Assembly (NCBI GenBank): GCA_002104945.1 | Contig: MCFH01000055.1 | Location: 1 to 64,000 of the forward strand | Reading direction: 5' to 3' | DNA length: 64,000 nt | DNA from: Piromyces finnis finn | Taxonomy: Eukaryota; Fungi; Neocallimastigomycota | Shown: positions 23,501-32,200 of the stretch, one piece after another | Layout of the letters: every line of letters starts with the position of its first letter | Position numbering within the stretch: position 1 is the stretch's first letter | Position numbers and translations under genes: made by a program | The notes under the pieces: model-generated | The model's database searches: none | The model's input: only the letters and a program-made list of their open reading frames with translations | What the model was told of the DNA's origin: nothing

Positions 23501-26158
23501 CTGGTTAGCTATTTCTTCATTAAATGCTTCTTTGAAATTGTGGTAGTACTTCTCCACGATTTCTTCAGGTGTAGGTTGATTTTCGTTTAAGTTTTCTTCC
23601 TGTACCAACCCTACGTAAATGTGATTTTTCTCTAAGTTTGACTCTTGTACCAACCCTACTGAAACACAAGTTTTCTCTAAGTTGGATTCAAATGCCAACC
23701 CTCCGGAATCACATTTTTTCTCTAAGTCAACACTCTGTACCAACCCTACTGAAACGGGGTTTTTCTCTAAGTCAGGACTTCGTGTCAACCCTCCGGAAAC
23801 ACATTTTTTCTCTAAGTTAGCACTCTGTACCAACCCTACTGAAACACAAGTTTTCTCTAAGTTGGAACTCGATGCCAACCCTCCGGAACTTCCGTCCCTG
23901 GTTTCTTTTGTAGCCTTGTGGCTACCATTACCCACGATTTCGGCTTCGATGTTTTCTGCGGTTACAGTTACCAGAGGCCTTCTTGCTTTTGCATTAGTAA
24001 CTGTAGTTATGGGACTTAATTGAGTACAGTAGTAGATATCGCCGTCATTTACACCATAACTGTTGGTGTGTTCTTTATCCTTATCATTATCTACTACGAA
24101 GTACCTCACTTGTGCATCTTTATCATAACCTCTGTAGATAAAGTGCTCATCCATGAAGCCCAGTCCCACAATGATTATCTCCGGCATGTAGTCGGATAGG
24201 TGACAACTTGTGTTGAAGCAGTATGGCTTAGCTTCTTGTTCGCCAGATGGAGTTAACCATAACTTCAACTGCAAGTCATCTGAGAACTGCTTTAACTCGA
24301 TATCACCATTCACAGTTCTGAATATGGCTGGTTTGTCCACTACCTTTAACCCGAGCTTCTTTGCTAAATTTGGGTGAATGAGGTTTGTAGTGGAACCAGT
24401 ATCATACAAGACTTCTACCCTTTTTATATCTCGAGGGTTGCTTCTTGCATTTATTTCAGCTACTAGTTGGTTCTGACTGTAGTAGCTGTTATTGACCGTC
24501 GTTTGACTTGCCATAGCCTTAGGTAATGGGTTATTTCCCATACTAGAAGGTCCTTGCTTTGGTTGGAAGCTAGAACTTCTTCTAAAGCTTGACTTATTTA
24601 ATGATTCACGACGTTCTTTAGTACCGTTATTGTTTTTTACGTAAGCCTGAGTGTTGGTCTGCTCAACTTTAGGCTTATTATTTGGCTTGTTGTTCTTCTG
24701 CTTTAACTCAGCCCATCTAGATGGTCTACATGGGTCTGTGATATCCAACAAGGCCATAATAGTGGTCTGGCGGTCTCTTTTGTCGTACTTTTCTATGGTT
24801 TCATTACGGAAGACTGCTTGGTGGTCATCGCACTTTAGCAAGACTTCACTTAATGTTTCCAGCGTACGTTCCTGTTCGGGGATATCATAGAACGCTTCCC
24901 TGACAGAAGGCCTGACCTGTTGTATTAACACCTGTCTCCTAACATTTTCAGGAAGCCCAAGTGTTTCCGTCAATTCATTGAACTCTTCCAAGTAGTCGTA
25001 TGCTTTTCCCCACTCATGTGTGAGCTTAAGCAACTTTGACTTGCAGAGTTCATGGGGAGACTCTGGTGGAAACTTATCTTGAAGGTGGAGGAATAGTCTT
25101 TCAGCATCAGGATTCCTACGCTGCAACATCCTCTCTCTAAGTCTATACCATCTCAATACTTTCCCACCTAGATGATCTTCGATGAAGCTAACCTTTGCCT
25201 TTTCGTCGTTACCATAGTCATATGGGTAACGTTTGAAATGACGTAAGCACTTCTCTTGAAAACCCTCTAAGTCTATCCCATTATTATCAAACATAGGCAC
25301 TTTTTCTTCATACCTATGTACTCGCCAATCGAACATCTTCACGTCCCCATCCTCGGAATATTCCGTAGGGTTGGTGCTGCTACTAGTTCCAGCACCATGA
25401 GGATTACCCATACCACCGGTTTGATAGGATGTTCTTTCATGAGCTCTGGCTTCAACTCTTCTGTTCATGGCTTCGACTTTAGCCTCGAACAATTTTTCTC
25501 TTTCTTCTAGAGCGTTTCGTTGCTCCCTCAATCTGGCCATCTCTTCTTCAAGCTCTTTTTTATAAGAGACAAAGGCACTAGATTGACGGTACAACGTTTC
25601 TTGGTTGTTTAGCACTTGCTGGTGGTCTTGTAACCTTTCCTCATGTTCTGCGGTAAAGGCATTTTCCACAGCATGCAGCTCTTCCAAGCTAACTTGGCTA
25701 GCTGACTCATTTGCTTCCAACCTTTGATCCACTTCAACAAATTTTTGCTGAAGAGCATCGTTTATCTCGCTCTTGTAAACCTCAATACCCCGAAGTTGTT
25801 CTTCCATAGCACCCAGACGGTTTCCCATACTAGCAAACTGGCTAGATATTTCCGAAACCCATCTATTAAGAAGAACTTCAATGTGTTGCATTGGGTTTAC
25901 CTCACTATTATTAGTAAAAAAGAAAGAAGGATCAACAGGGGTGGGCATAGAATCCCCCTGTTGAACCTGTAAATTCTGATTAGATTCGACCTCAGTGCTT
26001 TCGAGAAGCACCGGGGTTCGAACCCGTGACATTCCCTCTACACCATCCATGCCATCCGCGCTCGCCGCGTCAGGACGGGTCCCGTCCCTTACGAATGATG
26101 TTTTTGTGTCCAATTTATGGACACCCCGAGGGTTAGGCGACTTACCTGCGTTTTTCAT
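20573..26158 (-). CDS. Gag-Pol polyprotein (coiled coil, capsid, PR, RT, RNase H, IN, degenerate chromodomain)
   Basis: LYDTGS, YLDDII, CDAS..ELLAI..ADILSR, integrase HHCC/DDE and GPF. The C-terminal YQKIIKIMNARR..YQYLATF..EWV is chromodomain-like. No zinc knuckle. Confidence 0.95.
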   Translation of the reverse strand: MKNAGKSPNPRGVHKLDTKTSFVRDGTRPDAASADGMDGVEGMSRVRTPVLLESTEVESNQNLQVQQGDSMPTPVDPSFFFTNNSEVNPMQHIEVLLNRWVSEISSQFASMGNRLGAMEEQLRGIEVYKSEINDALQQKFVEVDQRLEANESASQVSLEELHAVENAFTAEHEERLQDHQQVLNNQETLYRQSSAFVSYKKELEEEMARLREQRNALEEREKLFEAKVEAMNRRVEARAHERTSYQTGGMGNPHGAGTSSSTNPTEYSEDGDVKMFDWRVHRYEEKVPMFDNNGIDLEGFQEKCLRHFKRYPYDYGNDEKAKVSFIEDHLGGKVLRWYRLRERMLQRRNPDAERLFLHLQDKFPPESPHELCKSKLLKLTHEWGKAYDYLEEFNELTETLGLPENVRRQVLIQQVRPSVREAFYDIPEQERTLETLSEVLLKCDDHQAVFRNETIEKYDKRDRQTTIMALLDITDPCRPSRWAELKQKNNKPNNKPKVEQTNTQAYVKNNNGTKERRESLNKSSFRRSSSFQPKQGPSSMGNNPLPKAMASQTTVNNSYYSQNQLVAEINARSNPRDIKRVEVLYDTGSTTNLIHPNLAKKLGLKVVDKPAIFRTVNGDIELKQFSDDLQLKLWLTPSGEQEAKPYCFNTSCHLSDYMPEIIIVGLGFMDEHFIYRGYDKDAQVRYFVVDNDKDKEHTNSYGVNDGDIYYCTQLSPITTVTNAKARRPLVTVTAENIEAEIVGNGSHKATKETRDGSSGGLASSSNLEKTCVSVGLVQSANLEKKCVSGGLTRSPDLEKNPVSVGLVQSVDLEKKCDSGGLAFESNLEKTCVSVGLVQESNLEKNHIYVGLVQEENLNENQPTPEEIVEKYYHNFKEAFNEEIANQLPEHRPYDCKIDLEPDASLHKGPIYPFNPEEEKALKEYIEENLAKGFIRKSESPAGYPVLFVPKKSGERRLCTDYRRLNKVTVRNSFPLPLISQVFEAMKGATIFSKLDLKSAYNLVRIREGDEYKTAFSTKFGHYEYLVMPFGLTNAPATFQGFINTVLAEEINDCCQVYLDDIIIYSKSLEEHVGHVKRVLQKLIDNRLVAKLAKCEFHKEELAFLGHVVGKYGIKTDPEKLKAVASWPQPTNIKELQSFLGFCNYYRKFIKDFSKIARPLYAMTSKKVQFLWNEERIQAFEKLKEMLLSPPVLAYPDHDRQFIVECDASNYAVGGVLSQLGDDNELHPVYYYSKKLTKAEINYSITEKELLAIRNAFIEWRHLLMGAKHKVLVYSDHRNLLFATKPQLLTARQARWQELFAAYNFEIIYRPGKMNGRADILSRMVSPEQVQLEMEKASLLRPEQVKEFPPVEEECYAVLEVSFVGELKQAYNTDELAREIRDGLDAKRGHKLIKKKWLMVNGLIVRKDAPERTYVPKVLRETIIKLNHDSETAGHLGKDKTYDLIARNYYWPKMKDDIAGYIKACTICCTQKDNRHKPYGSAARVKVADLPWQEVEIDFLTDLPIKERRKPGSSPSEPPEVTRRGCIMVCSDKLTKMIHLVGFRSMPTAKETALAYLQHVFKLHGCPKSVTTDRGVQFTSKLWKDIMGFFGVEVNLATTGHHETVGQVERNNSYVSMYLRCFVKTFDDDEWLKYLYLAEFCYNNAVHSSTKQSPFLALYNYQVHMNPQDSELVHSLGEAPILDSFAHNLGNLKHMLDISRTRFLDHLDHRRELNYPKIRLLDLVWLRKPENYNPLPFYKLQARKYGPFKVIGIDESKLNYRLDISKSPFPNVYPVFHISELEPYHNKPEELTPAPVGYQKIIKIMNARRKKDNYQYLATFSDFRQEWVDADIVDKNSHYDKLLKEFQDKCYQEFMVSVQNPA

Positions 26159-26448
26159 TTCTAATTCGAAAATAAATTCTTTTAATAAATTAAAGAATTT
26201 ATTATATAAAATATGGTTATAATGAATTTTAAAATTTAAAAATAATGAATTTTTATTGCTAAACTATTAAAAAATAATTATTTTTAATAATAAATTTACT
26301 TCTTTTAAATATAATATTTGAATATTATATAAAATATTGTAAATAATTATTATTAAACAATAATTTAAATAAAATAAAATATGTTTTTTAAGAATTTTTA
26401 ATAACACTAACCTAATTAAAACTAAGCTAACGTAAGAACTAACTATAA

Positions 26449-26459
26449 AGCGTTAGTAT
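26449..26459 (-). promoter_or_regulatory. Self-priming PBS of C (ATACTAACGCT)
   Basis: Abuts the LTR end and is the exact complement of AGCGTTAGTAT inside the LTR (26732-26742). It is not a TGG-type tRNA PBS. Confidence 0.85.
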
Positions 26460-26965
26460 TGTAAAAGGTTTTTATATATGTTAGTTAATAAGTTAAATAT
26501 AACAAGTTAATTAAGTTAGTTATTACCTCTCTATACGAGTTAATAACTAAATAAAGTTTTATAAAAAATAATAAAAGAACTAAAATAAAAATTATAACAC
26601 AAAAATAAATATAATACAATAAATATTAATATGAAATATTATTTACTTAAATAATTATTATAATTATTATCTTTTATTTATTAGTTATAATTATATACAT
26701 TAATTATTATTATAGCTATTAATTTACTTTAATACTAACGCTAAAGTATTTAACGTTAGTTTTGACTATACTATTTAACTATATGAGTTTATTTTCTTTA
26801 CCACTTGATTGGGTAAAGCAAATAGACTTCCTATTTAATTAATAACCATTAATATATGGTTATGCATATATTTGGCCAATAAATGGTGACCAGAATATAT
26901 GGTTTCAATTGAAATATTTGTGGGCAAACTTATGGCCACAAATATTTCTTACAAAAGAGCAAGTA

Positions 26966-27037
26966 GGAGGGTTGGCGCAACGGTAGCGCGTCCGCCTCCA
27001 GAGCGGAAGGTTGGGTGTTCGAATCACTCACTCTCCA
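26966..27037 (+). tRNA. trnW-CCA: tRNA-Trp (CCA)
   Basis: 72-nt cloverleaf: GGAGGGT/ACTCTCC acceptor, TCCGC-CTCCAGA-GCGGA anticodon arm, TTCGAAT T-loop, followed by a T run. Confidence 0.95.
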
Positions 27038-28659
27038 TTTTTAATTAATAGTATTATTGCTAATTGGAAAAATTATAATTATTTAATAAACCAGAGCAAT
27101 AAAGCTTAATTAAAACAAATCAAATATGTTTTTCTTGATCCAATTTGAATATATCCCTATTTTTAATACTACATTATATATGTTAAAGTAATTTAAAATA
27201 AAGTGAAAGTAAAAAATAAAATATTTTTATAGTTATTTTGAATAAATTTACTTGTTCCATAAATTTAAATATTTATCAAAATTTTGTTTTTATTTAAACA
27301 ATTTTTTATTTAATTACTCCACGAATCGTATTTAATGAATTTATGAAATAATCTTTTATTAAAATGTAAAAATCATTACTTAATCATTAATACTTATTAT
27401 TAAATAATCTCAAAGTTATACATTATATTTATAGAATAAATATTAATTTTAAAATGTTTTTTATTATGATTTTTAATATATGTATGAATATTTACTAGTT
27501 ATATAATTAAAATTATAATTATATAATCTTTACAAAAAATTAAAAACTGAGTTTATTTCTTTTATTATATGCATTATCAAGATTTAATGAAAATGAAATA
27601 AAGGATTCCATATAATATATAAATAATAATTAAACATTATATTTAAAAACATATTATAAGCTATATAATGACTAATCACTTAATTGATAATGATAAAATA
27701 CGAAAAAATAGTGAGTGTTTATTAAAAACATTTTTACCAAAATAAATAAATAAATAAATAAATTAATGAATGAATGAATGACTAATAAGAAAAAACTATA
27801 AATTTTTAATGATTAAACTAACTTTGATTATATAATTTGCTATAAAATAGTAATTAAATTTACCAATATAAAATCATAACTGATTTAATTAAGAGTAAGT
27901 TTTTATAAAACCAAAATTAAAAGTAATTTACTTCAAATCAAAAATTTCCATTACTTTACTTTTTATTACTACTTGCTGTATGTAACAACGAATGTTCCTT
28001 TAATTAATTATAAATAATAATTTAAATTAAAAATGTGTTTATTTTTAAAATTAAAATTTATATATTTTCATAAAGTAGTGTCTTTTTTTTTTTTTTTTTT
28101 TTAGGCATTTTTAAAATTTAAATTTAAAAAATTTATATGAAAGCATGTAAATATTTTGTTATTTTTAATGTTTAAATCAGTTATTCATAATACTTTATGA
28201 AGAAATAATGAAAAAATCAATTTGAAAAATTAACAAAAAGTAGTATTTTTAAAATAGATCTTTCATAGTGTGTTGTGCTTAATAAAATGAATATAATATA
28301 TTCTATGTTATTAACTTAGCAATGTAAAGTATACTACATAATAAATTTCAAGTTTATTCATATATAAATATTTTCAATTTTATTTATTATTGTTTAAATA
28401 GCATTAATATAAAATTTTTAATTATTACTATTTCTTTTAAGTTTAAATTTATTAATAGAATGCTAGATACAAGAAACAAAAATATTTTTTTTCTTAACTT
28501 TTTTTTAATTATTACAAAACAAAATAATAAAATTTATAAAAGGGTTTTCTGTTTTTCTACCACTATTATAATTATATCTAATTCAAGTCAAAATATGTGT
28601 AATTTTTAGTTATTTAATATTTATACATAAAAGCAATTTTTTAATATCACATATTAAAG

Positions 28660-28950
28660 TATCAAAGTATAAAAATATAAAGATATAAAAATATAAAAAT
28701 ATAAAGATATAAAAATATAAAGATATAAAAATATAAAGATATAAAAATATAAAAATATAAAAATACAAATATATAAATATATAAAAATATAAAAATATAA
28801 AAAAAATTAATGATTTAATATATAATTCATTTTTCTTAAATATTGTTTTAGTTTTTTATTTATTCTTTATTAGAACAGAAAACACAATTCCACATAATAA
28901 ATTATACTATACTATACTATACTATACTATACTATACTATACTATACTAT
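28660..28950. repeat. AT-rich simple repeats (ATATAAAAA/G-like and (ACTAT)n)
   Basis: Direct reading. Confidence 0.8.
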
Positions 28951-29121
28951 TATTCATTATTATGATTTTTCAATTTTATTATTTTATTACTATACTAGAA
29001 AAAAAAATTATAAAATTATTTATTTAAATAAACGAATTATATATTTATAAAATAAGAAATGTATATATGATAATTAAATAAAACTACTATCTTAAATGAA
29101 CATTCTATAAAATAAAATCCT

Positions 29122-29195
29122 CACTCACTGCGGGACTCGAACCCGCAATCTTCAGATTAGAAGTCTGACGCCCTATCCAATTAGGCTACGCGAGC
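29122..29195 (-). tRNA. trnR-TCT: tRNA-Arg (TCT), downstream member of a Glu-Arg tandem; G7-A66 mismatch
   Basis: GCTCGCG...TCAGA-CTTCTAA-TCTGA...GCGGG-TTCGAGT-CCCGC-AGTGAGT-G; differs from the 47448 copy at position 66. Confidence 0.9.
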
Positions 29196-29204
29196 TTCAA
29201 AGAC

Positions 29205-29276
29205 TTCCGCATCGGGGAATCGAACCCCGGCCGCCACGGTGAAAGCGTGGAATCCTAGCCACTGGACCAATGCGGA
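29205..29276 (-). tRNA. trnE-TTC: tRNA-Glu (TTC)
   Basis: TCCGCAT/ATGCGGA acceptor, CCACG-CTTTCAC-CGTGG anticodon arm, CGGGG-TTCGATT-CCCCG T arm. Confidence 0.95.
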
Positions 29277-29287
29277 TACTCTTTATC

Positions 29288-32200
29288 TGTAAGAAATATT
29301 TGTGGCCATAAGTTTGCCCACAAATATTTCAATTGAAACCATATATTCTGGTCACCATTTATTGGCCAAATATATGCATAACCATATATTAATGGTTATT
29401 AATTAAATAGGAAGTTTATTTGCTTTACCCAATCAAGTGGTAAAGAAAATAAACTCATATAGTTAAATAGTATAGTCAAAACTAACGTTAAATACTTTAG
29501 CGTTAGTATTAAAGTAAATTAATAACTATAATAATAATTAATGTAGATAATTATAATTAATAAATAAAAGATATAATTAAAATATAATTATTAAGTAAAA
29601 GTTATTTCATAAAATATTTATATAAGTGTTTATATTTATTTTAGTGTTATAATATTTATTTTCCTTCTTTTATTATTTTTTATAAAACTTTATTTAGTTA
29701 TTAACTCGTATAGAGAGGTAATAACTAACTTAATTAACTAATTATTAACTTATTAACTAATATTATAATAAACCTTTTACAATACTAACGCTTTATAGTT
29801 AGTTCTTACGTTAGCTTAGTTTTAATTAGGTTAGTGTTATTAAAAATTCTTAAAAAATATATTTTATTTTATTTAAATTATTGTTTAATAATAATTATTT
29901 ACAATATTTTATATAATATTCAAATATTATATTTAAAAGAAGTAAATTTATTATTAAAAATAATTATTTTTTAGTAGTTTAGCAATAAAAATTCATTATT
30001 TTTAAATTTTAAAATTCATTATAACCATATTTTATACAATAAATTCTTTAATTTATTAAAAGAATTTATTTTCGAGATAGAAATGAAAAACACAGGTAAG
30101 TCACCTAACCCTCGGGGTGTCCATAAATTGGACACAAAAACATCATTCGTAAGGGACGGGACCTGTCCTGACGCGGCGAGCGCTGATGGCATGGATGGTG
30201 TAGAGGGAATGTCACGGGTTCGAACCCCGGTGCTTCTCGAAAGCACTGAGGTCGAATCTAATCAGAATTTACAGGTTCAACAGGGGGATTCTATGCCCAC
30301 CCCTGTTGATCCTTCTTTCTTTTTTACTAATAATAGTGAGGTAAACCCAATGCAACACATTGAAGTTCTTCTTAATAGATGGGTTTCGGAAATATCTAGC
30401 CAGTTTGCTAGTATGGGAAACCGTCTGGGTGCTATGGAAGAACAACTTCGGGGTATTGAGGTTTACAAGAGCGAGATAAACGATGCTCTTCAGCAAAAAT
30501 TTGTTGAAGTGGATCAAAGGTTGGAAGCAAATGAGTCAGCTAGCCAAGTTAGCTTGGAAGAGCTGCATGCTGTGGAAAATGCCTTTACCGCAGAACATGA
30601 GGAAAGGTTACAAGACCACCAGCAAGTGCTAAACAACCAAGAAACGTTGTACCGTCAATCTAGTGCCTTTGTCTCTTATAAAAAAGAGCTTGAAGAAGAG
30701 ATGGCCAGATTGAGGGAGCAACGAAACGCTCTAGAAGAAAGAGAAAAATTGTTCGAGGCTAAAGTCGAAGCCATGAACAGAAGAGCTGAAGCCAGAGCTC
30801 ATGAGAGAACATCCTATCAAACCGGTGGTATGGGTAATCCTCATGGTGCTGGAACTAGTAGCAGCACCAACCCTACGGAATACTCCGAGGATGGGGACGT
30901 GAAGATGTTCGACTGGCGAGTACATAGGTATGAAGAAAAAGTGCCTATGTTTGATAATAATGGGATAGACTTAGAGGGTTTTCAAGAGAAGTGCTTACGT
31001 CATTTCAAACGTTACCCATATGACTATGGTAACGACGAAAAGGCAAAGGTTAGCTTCATTGAAGATCATCTAGGTGGGAAAGTATTGAGATGGTATAGAC
31101 TCAGAGAGAGGATGTTGCAGCGTAGGAATCCTGATGCTGAAAGACTATTCCTCCACCTTCAAGATAAGTTTCCACCAGAGTCTCCCCATGAACTCTGCAA
31201 GTCAAAGTTGCTTAAGCTCACACATGAGTGGGGAAAGGCATACGACTACTTAGAAGAGTTCAATGAATTGACGGAAACACTTGGGCTCCCTGAAAATGTT
31301 AGGAGACAGGTGTTAATACAACAGGTCAGGCCTTCTGTCAGGGAAGCGTTCTATGATATCCCTGAACAGGAACGTACGCTGGAAACATTAAGTGAAGTCT
31401 TGCTAAAGTGCGATGACCACCAAGCAGTCTTCCGTAATGAAACCATAGAAAAGTACGACAAAAGAGACCGCCAGACCACTATTATGGCCTTGTTGGACAT
31501 CACAGACCCATGTAGACCATCTAGATGGGCTGAGTTAAAGCAGAAGAACAACAAGCCAAATAATAAGCCTAAAGTTGAGCAAACCAACACTCAGGCTTAC
31601 GCTAAAAACAATAACGGTACTAAAGAACGTCGTGAATCATTAAATAAGTCAAGCTTTAGAAGAAGTTCTAGCTTCCAACCAAGGCAAGGACCTTCTAGTA
31701 TGGGAAATAACCCATTACCTAAGGCTATGGCAAGTCAAACGACGGTCAATAACAGCTACTATAGTCAGAACCAACTAGTAGCTGAAATAAATGCAAGAAG
31801 CAACCCTCGAGATATAAAAAGGGTAGAAGTCTTGTATGATACTGGTTCCACTACAAACCTCATTCACCCAAATTTAGCAAAGAAGCTCGGGTTAAAGGTA
31901 GTGGACAAACCAGCCATATTCAGAACTGTGAATGGAGATATCGAGTTAAAGCAGTTCTCAGATGACTTGCAGTTGAAGTTATGGTTAACTCCATCTGGCG
32001 AACAAGAAGCTAAACCATACTGCTTCAACACAAGTTGTCACCTATCCGACAACATGCCGGAGATGATCATTGTGGGGCTGGGCTTCATGGATGAGCACTT
32101 TATCTACAGAGGTTACGATAAAGATGCACAAGTGAGGTACTTCGTAGTAGATAATGATAAGGATAAAGGACACACCAACAGTTATGGTGTAAATGGCGGC

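Larger units (their letters stand above)
20058..26953 (-). mobile_element. Ty3/gypsy chromovirus-like element C, self-priming type, 12 bp upstream of tRNA-Trp
   Basis: 494-bp LTRs 20058-20551 and 26460-26953 (about 1 difference), 5-bp TSD AAAGA, PPT AGGGGGGCA and a single ORF. Confidence 0.97.
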
